Of a stretch of 64,000 bases of DNA, positions 1 through 8,898 are shown in pieces; within the stretch, counting starts at the first letter, position 1; every line of letters begins with the position of its first letter. A program made the position numbers and the translations under genes. Under the pieces are notes generated by a model. The model did no database searches. It was given only the letters and a program-made list of their open reading frames with translations, and was not told the origin of the DNA. The DNA is from an uncultured Alphaproteobacteria bacterium (lineage in GTDB: Bacteria > Pseudomonadota > Alphaproteobacteria > RF32 > CAG-239). Where the stretch lies: positions 59,981 through 123,980 of the forward strand of contig CALXTU010000001.1 of the NCBI GenBank assembly GCA_944391495.1. Direction: 5' to 3'.

Positions 1-1
1 G

Positions 2-826
2 CCGAATGACATCAAGCTGGTGGCCAAATACATCAACGAGCAAAATGCCCGTTTGTCGCGTCAGGTGGCCATTTCGGTTAAGATTATGCAAGTTACGGTT
101 GATGACAGCGACAACTACGGACTTGACCTGAGAGCCACTTTTGATGACGGCGTCAGCTCTATCGGTATTACCGGAACTCAGGGAATTTCTGCCGAGGATA
201 TGACCTCGTCGCTGACCTGGGGTGTCATTAAAAACAATTGGACGGCCGATGCCATTATGCAGGCTATATCCCAGAAAAACCGTACGTCTCTGATTACCAG
301 CGGTACGGTTACAACCTTAAACAACAAGCCGGCGCCGATTCAGGTTACGCAGAAGCAAAACTATATCTCGGAGATGACCAAAACCAACAACGGTACCGAC
401 GGTACGAACTATGATATCTCGGTGACCACGGAGGAAATCGAAACCGGTTTTACCCTTGATGTTTTGCCGCGTATTCTGGAGCATGGCCGGATGCTGGTTA
501 TGTTCAATATGACGCTTTCGGATCTGTTGTCGCTGGAGCGCGTCAGCTTTGGTAACGAGGATGAAAACCAGTATATTCAAAACCCGATTGTCGAATCCCG
601 CGCTTTTACTCAGGAAGTCGCCATGACATCGGGAGAGTCGCTGATTTTAACCGGCTATGAGAGAGCCTCAACCGAGACCGACAAAACCGGAACCGGTTCG
701 GCGGATAATTCGCTGCTCGGAGGAACAGCTGCTGCCGAGAGAAGCCGGAATATTCTGGTTATTGTGTTGACGCCGGTTGTTTTGGAAACGCCGCTTTCGC
801 CGGAAACAAGAATGAGCATGAATTAA
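2..826 (+). CDS. Secretin (GspD/PilQ/PilN-R64 family), C-terminal part; gene starts upstream of the window
   Basis: Open frame with no stop back to nt 2. C-terminal hydrophobic/amphipathic block ...SRNILVIVLTPVVLE matches the conserved secretin C-terminal motif. First gene of a pilus/T2SS-like operon. Confidence 0.6.
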   Translation, partial: PNDIKLVAKYINEQNARLSRQVAISVKIMQVTVDDSDNYGLDLRATFDDGVSSIGITGTQGISAEDMTSSLTWGVIKNNWTADAIMQAISQKNRTSLITSGTVTTLNNKPAPIQVTQKQNYISEMTKTNNGTDGTNYDISVTTEEIETGFTLDVLPRILEHGRMLVMFNMTLSDLLSLERVSFGNEDENQYIQNPIVESRAFTQEVAMTSGESLILTGYERASTETDKTGTGSADNSLLGGTAAAERSRNILVIVLTPVVLETPLSPETRMSMN

Positions 827-849
827 CCACCTGACAGGAGCAAGCGGAA

Positions 850-2172
850 GTGCTGGAAGACGCAAAACTTTTAGATGAAGATTACGATGAAAGTTCCGGG
901 AAGCGGACATGGGGCACGTCGATAAACGTTGACGGCGTCAATTACGCGACCAGTCTTTTCTGGCAGCCGCTGCAAAATTCCGGCGATTATCTGCAGGAAG
1001 TCGAGGAAGCGTCAAATAGTATTCTTGAAGGTGCCGACCTGTTTTGTATTAAAGGCGGTAAGGCGCCGCAGTTCGGTATCTGCGTTTCGCACGAGGGTTA
1101 CAGAAGCGGTGAAACGGTGGCGGCGGTTGCGCTGGTAACGGCACTGTCCAACGTATCGTCTTTCGTGGCGGTGTTTAAAACGTCCGAGGGCTGGTGGTAT
1201 ACCTGCGTGCGCAACGATATTATCCTGTCTGACGGCGATATGCTGTTTTTGAATGAGGAAGAGGCCAAAAATCAGTTTATGTCGATGATGGCCGTTCCGG
1301 ACTGGGGAAAGAAAATTGCCCCCAAAGAATGGGGTATTGAAGAAACCGAAGAGCTCGATTTGGGCGAATTGATTGCCCGTGGTGCCAAGATTAAGCTGCA
1401 AAAGATAAAAGGGCTGCGCGGCTCCAAGCTGATTATGGTTGTCGTTATTTCGGCGGTTGTCGGATTGTGGCTGGTATCAAGCCTGATTGACAAACTGTTC
1501 CTCACTCCGGCAAAACGACCGGTGGTGGTTCCGGTGCGACCGAAAGTCATACAGCAGGTTGCGGTTAAAGAAGTTCCGAAACCGTGGGAAGAAATTAAAA
1601 ATCCGGTTCAGTTTATGCAAGAATGTTACGACGGCATTACCAAACTGGCAACAATTATGCCGCCGGGCTGGAAAATCGGCGTTATCAGCTGCTCGGGTTC
1701 GGCCGCGGCAACTTCGTGGACAAGAGAGGTCGGACCTTTGTCGTGGGCAGATGCAGCCATGAAAAACTCCGGACTGGAGCTTGCGGGATATTCGTTTGAT
1801 GCGAGCGGAAATTCGATGACGGCGTCGCTGCCGCTTAAGCCGGCCGAAACGCTGACGTCGCCGCCGGAAAAGAACATGACGGATCTGCGCAATGCCGTTA
1901 ATAACGAGTTTCAGTCCTTAGGACTGCCGATTTCGCTGGGCGAGGAAACGGTAAAATCTGCGGCACCGGCTCCGGCTGCCGCCAGGGGACCGCGGGCCGC
2001 ACCGGCCGCAGCCGAAGTGTTTAGGGCTTTAACGTTTAATTTTAATTCACCGCACAGTCCGCTGACCTGGATGCCTTTGTTAACAAAATATTCAGGTCTT
2101 GAAATTAGGATAATTACATATTCCCCAGACTCTGATGTTTGGCATTATGAGGGAGCTATCTATGTTTTATAA
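850..2172 (+). CDS. Bitopic inner-membrane assembly protein, GspL/BfpC/PilO(R64)-like
   Basis: GTG start. Single central TM (LIMVVVISAVVGLWLVSSL) with ~190-aa cytoplasmic N-domain and ~225-aa periplasmic C-domain, the GspL-type topology. Sits between secretin and ATPase genes. Confidence 0.4.
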   Translation: MLEDAKLLDEDYDESSGKRTWGTSINVDGVNYATSLFWQPLQNSGDYLQEVEEASNSILEGADLFCIKGGKAPQFGICVSHEGYRSGETVAAVALVTALSNVSSFVAVFKTSEGWWYTCVRNDIILSDGDMLFLNEEEAKNQFMSMMAVPDWGKKIAPKEWGIEETEELDLGELIARGAKIKLQKIKGLRGSKLIMVVVISAVVGLWLVSSLIDKLFLTPAKRPVVVPVRPKVIQQVAVKEVPKPWEEIKNPVQFMQECYDGITKLATIMPPGWKIGVISCSGSAAATSWTREVGPLSWADAAMKNSGLELAGYSFDASGNSMTASLPLKPAETLTSPPEKNMTDLRNAVNNEFQSLGLPISLGEETVKSAAPAPAAARGPRAAPAAAEVFRALTFNFNSPHSPLTWMPLLTKYSGLEIRIITYSPDSDVWHYEGAIYVL

Positions 2173-3505
2173 AATGAGAAATATTTTATTGGTAACATTG
2201 TCCTGTGTTCTGGCTTTCCCGGCGGGAGCGCTTAAAGCTCAGGGTTTGGTTTCTTTATCCGAAGAGGCCATGTTTGACGACGGGCTGGACACGGGAGACG
2301 AGCTTCCGGATCTGGGGCAGCCGGCCAAACCGACAGATGCCGACCACAGTAAGGCGCCGGCCGATGACACGGCTGAAATACCGCTGATTCAGCCTAAAGC
2401 AGCTCCGGCCCCGGTAACAGCGCCCAAACCGGCAGCAGCACCGGCAATTCCGACACCTCCGGCAACCACGGCGGCCTCCGGCGGTGATGCGGCAATAAAT
2501 TTGTTCGGCAATTCGGCGGAAGAAGAGGATTTTTCCAACAGCGACCTGTTTACCCAGATGTCCGACCTGGAAAAAAGAACGGCACTTTTGAATCTGGAAC
2601 TGCGTCGCGAGAAGCTGCAAAACGAGATTGAAGCGGTTAAAAACCAAAGACGGCAGGCTTTGCAGCAGGAAAAAGACAAAATTGAACAGCAGCGCCTTAA
2701 AAACATAGAGTTTGAAAAAGAGCAGGAGCAGAAAGTTTTGGTTGAACAGCAGAAACTGCGCGATTTGGACATTCAGTTTGAAACCCTGCGGCAGGAGAAA
2801 CTGCTCGGTTCTTATAAAAACTATATGCTGGAAGAAGTTCAGAAATGGATTGCCAACAACGGCCAGTTTTATAAACAGATTGACGAACTGCGGCAGTCCA
2901 AAAGAGACCTGACGGCAAATATGAAGGCTAAGATGAAAGCAGTGCAGGACGCCGCGCGGCAGGCACAGCAGGACTATACACTCAAGGTTAACGGCTATAC
3001 GAAAGAAATTAAAGACCTGAGGGCGCAGATTAATGTTTTGCGCAACCGTATTGCCTCCATGGAAAAAGAGCAGGAAGCCATGCTGCAGAATCCGTTTGCC
3101 AATGCAGAGCCTCAGGCTCAGAACGTTACGACAACGGTCAGCGACGATATATCCGCCGATGACAGCGTCACCAAAGAGCCGGTTGAGACCGATTTGTCCA
3201 AGCTTTATGCGGTGACGGAAATCCGCGGCCAGGGCGGCGAACTCATCGCCAAGCTGATTAACAAAAACGGTACGGCCTTTTATGTTAAAAGAGGAACGGC
3301 CCTGCAGACGGGACACGTCATTACCGACATTACCTCAACTTTTGTTGCGGCGGAAAAAGATGGCGAAAAGAAATATCTGTATTTCTCTGCCGGCGGAATT
3401 GTTCCGGTCGAAACGACAAAGTTTGAGCTTGATGCCGGGGCTGTTCCGGCGGCTGCCACTACCGAAAACAATACTTCGGGCGGACCGGTCGGCGGGAGTT
3501 TGTAG
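2162..3505 (+). CDS. PilP-like secretin-binding periplasmic protein with signal peptide, Pro/Ala-rich linker and long coiled-coil
   Basis: GAGGGAG RBS before ATG 2162. Signal peptide MRNILLVTLSCVLAFPAGALKA. Pro/Ala-rich low-complexity region, then about 200 aa of Q/E/K/R heptad-like coiled-coil. C-terminal block LYAVTEIRGQGGELIAKLINKNGTAFYVKRGTALQTGHVITDI matches the PilP/GspC HR-domain pattern. Confidence 0.45.
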   Translation: MFYKMRNILLVTLSCVLAFPAGALKAQGLVSLSEEAMFDDGLDTGDELPDLGQPAKPTDADHSKAPADDTAEIPLIQPKAAPAPVTAPKPAAAPAIPTPPATTAASGGDAAINLFGNSAEEEDFSNSDLFTQMSDLEKRTALLNLELRREKLQNEIEAVKNQRRQALQQEKDKIEQQRLKNIEFEKEQEQKVLVEQQKLRDLDIQFETLRQEKLLGSYKNYMLEEVQKWIANNGQFYKQIDELRQSKRDLTANMKAKMKAVQDAARQAQQDYTLKVNGYTKEIKDLRAQINVLRNRIASMEKEQEAMLQNPFANAEPQAQNVTTTVSDDISADDSVTKEPVETDLSKLYAVTEIRGQGGELIAKLINKNGTAFYVKRGTALQTGHVITDITSTFVAAEKDGEKKYLYFSAGGIVPVETTKFELDAGAVPAAATTENNTSGGPVGGSL

Positions 3506-3529
3506 CCTCAACCAGCACGGGATTTATCC

Positions 3530-5209
3530 ATGGCCGAAGAAGATACAGAAAATACTGACAACACTCCGGCAGCAGCATCATCCGGTCAAGATGCTGCTGC
3601 GGCGTCTTCCGGTCAACCGACAACGGCCGAAACAGGCGGCGGCTCCATTAATGAGATTTACTTTTCCAACGGCAACCGGTTGTTAACCCTGCCGGGATCT
3701 TCGCTGGCGGTGAACGACGACACCCGCCGTTTGCTGGCTTTGTTCTCGGACGGGCGTTTTCTGGTTGTCGAATCGCACAAATTTGACGGACGCGTCTTAA
3801 GTTTTGAGGTTTTGGCCCGCAAAAAGAAGATGGCCATTGCCAAACCGACCTATGTTTCGCAAAACGAGCTCAACGCCATTTATTCCATCGGTGAGCGCGC
3901 TCAGGCGGCGGAAGAGGTTTCGGCCGATGCCGAACTTGACCAGCTGCAAATGCAGAAAGACTTTGTCAACGTAGTTGCCCGCGCCGCCAGCAAAAAGGTG
4001 TCGGATATTCACGTGGTGGTGGCAGACAGCACGGTGATTATGTTCCGTGTCAACGGTATGATGCAGGTTGAAATGGAATATAACAAAGAATGGGGCGAAT
4101 CTTTTGTGCGCGCGGCTTTTGCTTCGGCCGATATTTCCGACTCAAACTATGCACAAAACGAATTCCAAGGCGCGCAAAAGCTGGGTTCCACACCGTTGCG
4201 CGGCTCCAAGGGCAAATTGATGCTGCCGCACAACGTGCTGGCTATCCGTCTGCAGTTTAACCCGATTGCGTTCGGTTCGCAATATCTGGTTATGCGTCTG
4301 TTGTACGCCGATGACAATCCGGACGGCTCCGGCGATCTGGCAAGCTTAGGTTTCGGCCAGTTTGAAGAAGATTTGTTTTACCGGCTGCGCGCGGTGCCGG
4401 TAGGGTTGAGCATTATTGCCGGCCCGACGGGATCGGGAAAATCAACCACGCTGCAGCGCAACATGATTAAGCTGTTGCAGGAAAAGAACTATGAGCTTAA
4501 CCTGCTGACGGTGGAAGACCCGCCGGAGTATCCTATTCCCGGCGCCCGGCAGATGCCGGTTACCAACGCCAACACCGAAGAAGAAAAAGCCGAGCAATTT
4601 ACCAAAGCCCTGTCGGCGGCGCTGCGATCCGACCCGGACGTTATTATGGTGGGCGAAATCCGCGCGCTGGCGGCGGCGCAGCTGACGTTTCAGGGCGCGC
4701 TTTCCGGCCACGGCATGTGGTCGACGCTGCACGCCAACTCGGCGCCGGCGATTATCAACCGTTTTCGTGATATGGGGGTTGAAACGTTTAAGCTTTTGGA
4801 CCCGGAATTAATCAAGGGGCTGATTTCGCAACGTTTGTTCCGCAAATTGTGCCCTCATTGCCGGATGTCGGTCAAAGAACGGCAGAATGATCCGTCTTTT
4901 CAGCGGCTGCGGACGGCGCTGGGGGATTTTGGCGTCGAGAATGCGTTTGTGCGCGGTCCGGGCTGCAAATTCTGCAACAATACCGGTATTAAAGGGCGTA
5001 TGTGCGTGCCGGAAATTATTTTGCCGGACGCCACGTTTCTTGAACTGATGATTAAAGGCGAAACCCGTAAGGCTATTGACTACTGGACATCTGATTTGAA
5101 CGGACGTACCTTAAAAGAAGCGGCGATGGAGCGTATGCTCAAAGGCTTGATTGACCTGGACGAAGTTGAACGCTGGTGCGGCCTTTTGGACCAGAGGCCG
5201 GCGTATTAG
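3530..5209 (+). CDS. Type II/IV secretion ATPase, GspE/PilB/BfpD/TcpT family
   Basis: Walker A GPTGSGKST, Asp box and His box. C-terminal tetracysteine CPHC...CKFC characteristic of GspE/PilB-type (not Tad/VirB11-type) ATPases. Confidence 0.9.
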   Translation: MAEEDTENTDNTPAAASSGQDAAAASSGQPTTAETGGGSINEIYFSNGNRLLTLPGSSLAVNDDTRRLLALFSDGRFLVVESHKFDGRVLSFEVLARKKKMAIAKPTYVSQNELNAIYSIGERAQAAEEVSADAELDQLQMQKDFVNVVARAASKKVSDIHVVVADSTVIMFRVNGMMQVEMEYNKEWGESFVRAAFASADISDSNYAQNEFQGAQKLGSTPLRGSKGKLMLPHNVLAIRLQFNPIAFGSQYLVMRLLYADDNPDGSGDLASLGFGQFEEDLFYRLRAVPVGLSIIAGPTGSGKSTTLQRNMIKLLQEKNYELNLLTVEDPPEYPIPGARQMPVTNANTEEEKAEQFTKALSAALRSDPDVIMVGEIRALAAAQLTFQGALSGHGMWSTLHANSAPAIINRFRDMGVETFKLLDPELIKGLISQRLFRKLCPHCRMSVKERQNDPSFQRLRTALGDFGVENAFVRGPGCKFCNNTGIKGRMCVPEIILPDATFLELMIKGETRKAIDYWTSDLNGRTLKEAAMERMLKGLIDLDEVERWCGLLDQRPAY

Positions 5210-5226
5210 GATAAGGATCGGAAATT

Positions 5227-6363
5227 ATGGCTGACGAAGAAGCTCTTAAGAGAAAACATCAATCAAAATCGCTGCAGGCAGCGATGAAAAAATTGAACAA
5301 GGCAGAAGAATATTATGCCCGGCTGATTATTCAGTTTTCAAACAAAACGCGGCTGAAGCTTTATCGCAAGATTGCCTCGCTGATGCGCAACCGCTTTTCG
5401 TTGATGGACGCTTTGGATATGCTGCACGACAGCGCATCAAACGGCGGCAAAAACCCCGGCGAACCGCTGGCGATTGCCATTGCCGCGTGGGGGCGCTCGC
5501 TCAACAACGGTAAAACTTTTTCCGAGGCGCTGAAAGGCTGGGCGCCGGACCGCGAACGTCTGATGCTTTCGGTGGGCGATGTCTCTGACCTGGAAGGCGC
5601 GTTGATGAACCTGATTAAAGTAACCGAAGGATCTACCAAAATGATCCGTCCGATTATCGGAGCGATTTCTTACCCGAGCTTTCTGATGATGATGGCGGTT
5701 TTGATTATTTACGCCATCGGCGTTTACATGGTGCCGCCGATGATGGACGCGGCGCCGAACGTCCGCTGGCGCGGGCTGGCTAAGAATCTGGTGGATTTGT
5801 CCGGCTGGATTAAAGACAACTGGCTGATTGCCTTTGCAGCGCTGCCGATTCTTATGGCTGTCATTTATTTTACCATCAGTATCTGGACCGGCAAAATCCG
5901 CGCTTTGTTTGACAATATTCCGCCATGGTCGCTGTATAAAAGCTTTGTCGGCATCAGCTGGCTGCTGGCGATGGCGGCGCTGATCAAGGGCGGCACGCCG
6001 GTTTCGACCGCGATGCGGGCGCTGCGCCGCGATGCAACCCGTTATCTTAAAGAGCGGATTGACAAAACACTGATCTTCATCAATAACGGTGACAATTTGG
6101 GACAGGCATTGGCCAAAACGGGCCTGAATTTTCCGGAAAAAGAGTTGATTGACGATTTGAAGATTTATTCCGAACTGGATAATTTTGAAGAGGCGCTGGA
6201 CAACCTGGCCAACGAATGGCTGGAAGAATCCGTCTATTCAATTGAGGAAAAAGCCGGCGTTTTAAACATGGTTGCCCTGCTGGCCATCGGCGGCGTTATT
6301 GCCTGGGCGGTTATGGGAACCTTTGATATGCAAGACCAAATTACCAGCAGCATGGGGAGTTAG
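5227..6363 (+). CDS. Inner-membrane platform protein, GspF/PilC/BfpE family
   Basis: 378 aa with two repeated cytoplasmic domains (LMDALDMLHDSASNGGKNP...GKTFSEAL pattern) and three hydrophobic TM segments. Immediately follows the ATPase. Confidence 0.7.
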   Translation: MADEEALKRKHQSKSLQAAMKKLNKAEEYYARLIIQFSNKTRLKLYRKIASLMRNRFSLMDALDMLHDSASNGGKNPGEPLAIAIAAWGRSLNNGKTFSEALKGWAPDRERLMLSVGDVSDLEGALMNLIKVTEGSTKMIRPIIGAISYPSFLMMMAVLIIYAIGVYMVPPMMDAAPNVRWRGLAKNLVDLSGWIKDNWLIAFAALPILMAVIYFTISIWTGKIRALFDNIPPWSLYKSFVGISWLLAMAALIKGGTPVSTAMRALRRDATRYLKERIDKTLIFINNGDNLGQALAKTGLNFPEKELIDDLKIYSELDNFEEALDNLANEWLEESVYSIEEKAGVLNMVALLAIGGVIAWAVMGTFDMQDQITSSMGS

Positions 6364-6365
6364 GC

Positions 6366-6971
6366 ATGGACATCAAACAAAAACTCAACCAGATAAAACA
6401 TAAGCTGCAGCACCTGCTCCGGCAACGCGGCCGGTTGATTGCCGCGGCGGCCGGCTCGGCAGCGGTTGTCGTGATTGTTGCGGTGCTGATTATCGGCGGA
6501 CAGCAGGATATCGGCGCGCAGGAAGCCGGACAGCAGATTATCAAACTGGCACAAAACATTCGCAACCGCTATCAAACCCGGCCGGATTTCTGGGGACTGA
6601 GCACGGCGGAGGTTATCCGGCAGAAGATGTATCCGTTGAGCATGACGGCGGAAGGCGGAAAGCTGACCGGATATTTCGGCAACCGGGTGCAGGTGGGCGC
6701 TGATGCCTCCGGCACGGCAGTGATGCCGACGGTGCGACGATTTGTGATTGCCTATAACGGCCTCAACCGCAAACAGTGCCTGGCGCTGGGGACATATAAA
6801 TTTACGCGGGATTTTTGGCTGGGCGTCAGCGGTATGACGATTGAAGCAGAGGGCGCGCAACGGCTGTTTGACTGGAGTTCTAAGGAGCTGGCGTTGCCGG
6901 CGGCCAAAGATATTGTCGGGAAAATTTGCCGAAGCCAAAAAAACAATATTATTTTTCACTTTGAACAATGA
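6366..6971 (+). CDS. Bitopic periplasmic assembly protein, GspM/PilN/PilO-like topology
   Basis: GGGGAG RBS. Short basic cytoplasmic N-terminus, one TM (AAAAGSAAVVVIVAVLIIGG), ~150-aa periplasmic domain. Translationally coupled to the platform gene. Not a pilin: no Glu at +5. Confidence 0.35.
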   Translation: MDIKQKLNQIKHKLQHLLRQRGRLIAAAAGSAAVVVIVAVLIIGGQQDIGAQEAGQQIIKLAQNIRNRYQTRPDFWGLSTAEVIRQKMYPLSMTAEGGKLTGYFGNRVQVGADASGTAVMPTVRRFVIAYNGLNRKQCLALGTYKFTRDFWLGVSGMTIEAEGAQRLFDWSSKELALPAAKDIVGKICRSQKNNIIFHFEQ

Positions 6972-7132
6972 TATTTACCATTAATTAAGGGATTAATTCT
7001 ATACTGAAACCAACATATGACTAAAGTCATAGGCATGATATTGTGGATTATGACTAATGGCAGAATTGCCGAAAGCGATTTTCTTTGATAAGATGAAAGC
7101 ATAATAACGGCAATTTTATGAGGAGAAAGACC

Positions 7133-7753
7133 ATGACTATTTTATCAAGAACTGAGCAAACAGGCCGTTCGATGGTGGAGATGCTGGGCGTGCTGGCGAT
7201 TATCGGCGTGTTATCCGTCGGCGGTATTTCGGGTTATTCAAAAGCGATGGCCAAATATAAACTGACCAAGGCTCAGGATCAGATTACGATGTTGCTGATG
7301 AACATTCGTACCGCTTATGCTACCAGTCCGAGTTATAGCGGGTTGACTACAGCTGCCGTAGCCGCTTACAACATCGCTCCGGGTGAAATGATTGTCGGGA
7401 CGGCCTCGATTGGTGATTCTGGCGCCACCGGCTCTGCAACTCTTAACGGCGCTTTCGGTGGTGCAGTAAATGTTGCGTCACTGGGAGCTCGTGATTCTTA
7501 CTTCTATATTCAGATGCGTGCGTTGGCACCGGAGGCCTGCCGTTCTTTGGCATCTTCTGACTGGGGTGCAGACGGTTTGGTTATGATGTCTGTCGGTGCG
7601 GATGCAGCGGTAGCTGTTGCAGATGATGACGTTGACCAAACTTGTACATCAGGCGGTGATAACTTCTGTGCGGGAGATCTGCCTTTGGGTTTAGCTACTG
7701 CAGCATCTCAATGTGATAATGCAATTAACCAGATTACTTGGGTTTACTACTAA
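7133..7753 (+). CDS. Type IV prepilin (type IVb-like size, 206 aa)
   Basis: AGGAGAAAG RBS sits directly before ATG 7133; the ORF-track start 7118 lies inside this RBS. Leader MTILSRTEQTG then cleavage-site consensus G|RSMVEML with Glu at +5 and hydrophobic alpha1-N (GVLAIIGVLSVGG). Four Cys in the C-terminal half are consistent with a D-region disulfide. Confidence 0.8.
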   Translation: MTILSRTEQTGRSMVEMLGVLAIIGVLSVGGISGYSKAMAKYKLTKAQDQITMLLMNIRTAYATSPSYSGLTTAAVAAYNIAPGEMIVGTASIGDSGATGSATLNGAFGGAVNVASLGARDSYFYIQMRALAPEACRSLASSDWGADGLVMMSVGADAAVAVADDDVDQTCTSGGDNFCAGDLPLGLATAASQCDNAINQITWVYY

Positions 7754-7857
7754 TAGTATGCAAGAAAGCTCCTCAAGACTTGCCGGTTTTATACCGGCAA
7801 GTCTTTTGTGTGTTTTTTGACTGTTATGCTTGACGGAGGTGACGGTTTTTAAAGCGT

Positions 7858-8016
7858 GTCATGTTGAGCGGGAGCGAAACATCTTAGAGATTCTTCGGGA
7901 CTTGCGTCCCTCAGAATGACGACTAAAATGTCATGTTGAGGAGCAAGGCGCCGAAACATCTTAGAGATTCTTCGCTAACGCTCAGAATGACAGGGAAGTG
8001 ACGCTCGGAATGACGG
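7858..8016. repeat. Family-A palindromic repeat, two tandem units plus a partial third
   Basis: Units 7858-7920 and 7930-7991 share gtcatgttgag...gaaacatcttagagattcttcg...tcagaatgac. Unit 1 carries the GC hairpin gggac-ttgc-gtccc. Related copies at 10382, 10777, 21887 and 37956. Confidence 0.85.
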
Positions 8017-8112
8017 TTTTAAAAGTGATGTTATTGCACCGATGCTTGACAGGGTGGCGCAAAATCAATTAATATGACCACCGTTTTAACAACCGCAGGA
8101 CAAATATTCATT

Positions 8113-8898
8113 ATGAAAATCGGCGTTTTTGATTCCGGCCTCGGCGGACTGGTTATTACAAGAGCTTTTGTTGAAGCCCTGCCGAAATATGACTATGTTT
8201 ATTACGGCGACACCGCCCGCCTGCCGTACGGCGAAAAAACCTCCGGACAAATACTTTCATACACCATTGAAGCCGTTAAGTTTTTGATTGCGCAAAACTG
8301 CGGTCTGATCATCATTGCCTGCAACACGGCCACATCAATAGCCCTGCGCTATCTGCAGCAACGGTTTATTCCGTCGTTTTCGCCGGATACCAAAGTTTTG
8401 GGCGTGGTTATTCCGACAGTTGAAGAAGCCGCGGCCGGCAATGCCGCCCGGGTTGGGGTTTTGGCAACCAATGCCACGGTTCGTTCGCACATCTACCAAA
8501 CCGAACTGCAAAAAATAAACCCGGCGGCCGAGGTCTTTGAAACCGCTGCGCCGGCACTGGTTCCGGCCATTGAGGCCAATGATTTTGCTGCCGCCGAAAA
8601 AGCCGCCGCCGAATATGTTCGCGCCTTTGATAATATTGATTCGCTTATTCTCGGCTGTACCCATTATCCGCTGCTCAAAACGACATTCCGCCGGCTGGTT
8701 TCGGAAAAAACACGGGTTGTGTCACAAGACGAATTGATGGGCGCCAAACTACGCAATTATCTTGAACGCCATATCGAAATAGACATCACTTTAAGCCGCG
8801 ACGGCAGCCTCAAAGCCATTGTCAGCCGGCTGAACGACCATTATAACGAAGTTGCCGGACGGTTGTTTCCGGGGATTGTTCTGGAGGAAAAAAACTGA
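8113..8898 (+). CDS. murI: Glutamate racemase
   Basis: MKIGVFDSGLGGL, IACNTA and GCTHYP motifs. ATG 8113 preferred over ORF-track start 8074 because MurI proteins begin just before IGVFDSG. Confidence 0.9.
   Translation: MKIGVFDSGLGGLVITRAFVEALPKYDYVYYGDTARLPYGEKTSGQILSYTIEAVKFLIAQNCGLIIIACNTATSIALRYLQQRFIPSFSPDTKVLGVVIPTVEEAAAGNAARVGVLATNATVRSHIYQTELQKINPAAEVFETAAPALVPAIEANDFAAAEKAAAEYVRAFDNIDSLILGCTHYPLLKTTFRRLVSEKTRVVSQDELMGAKLRNYLERHIEIDITLSRDGSLKAIVSRLNDHYNEVAGRLFPGIVLEEKN

Noticed and set aside
2255-3316. 353-aa minus-strand ORF antisense to the PilP-like gene, with its nested ORFs 2389-2772 and 2697-2918
   Set aside because: Antisense to a low-complexity coiled-coil coding region. 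Cys/Phe/Leu-rich junk composition and no RBS. A classic shadow ORF.
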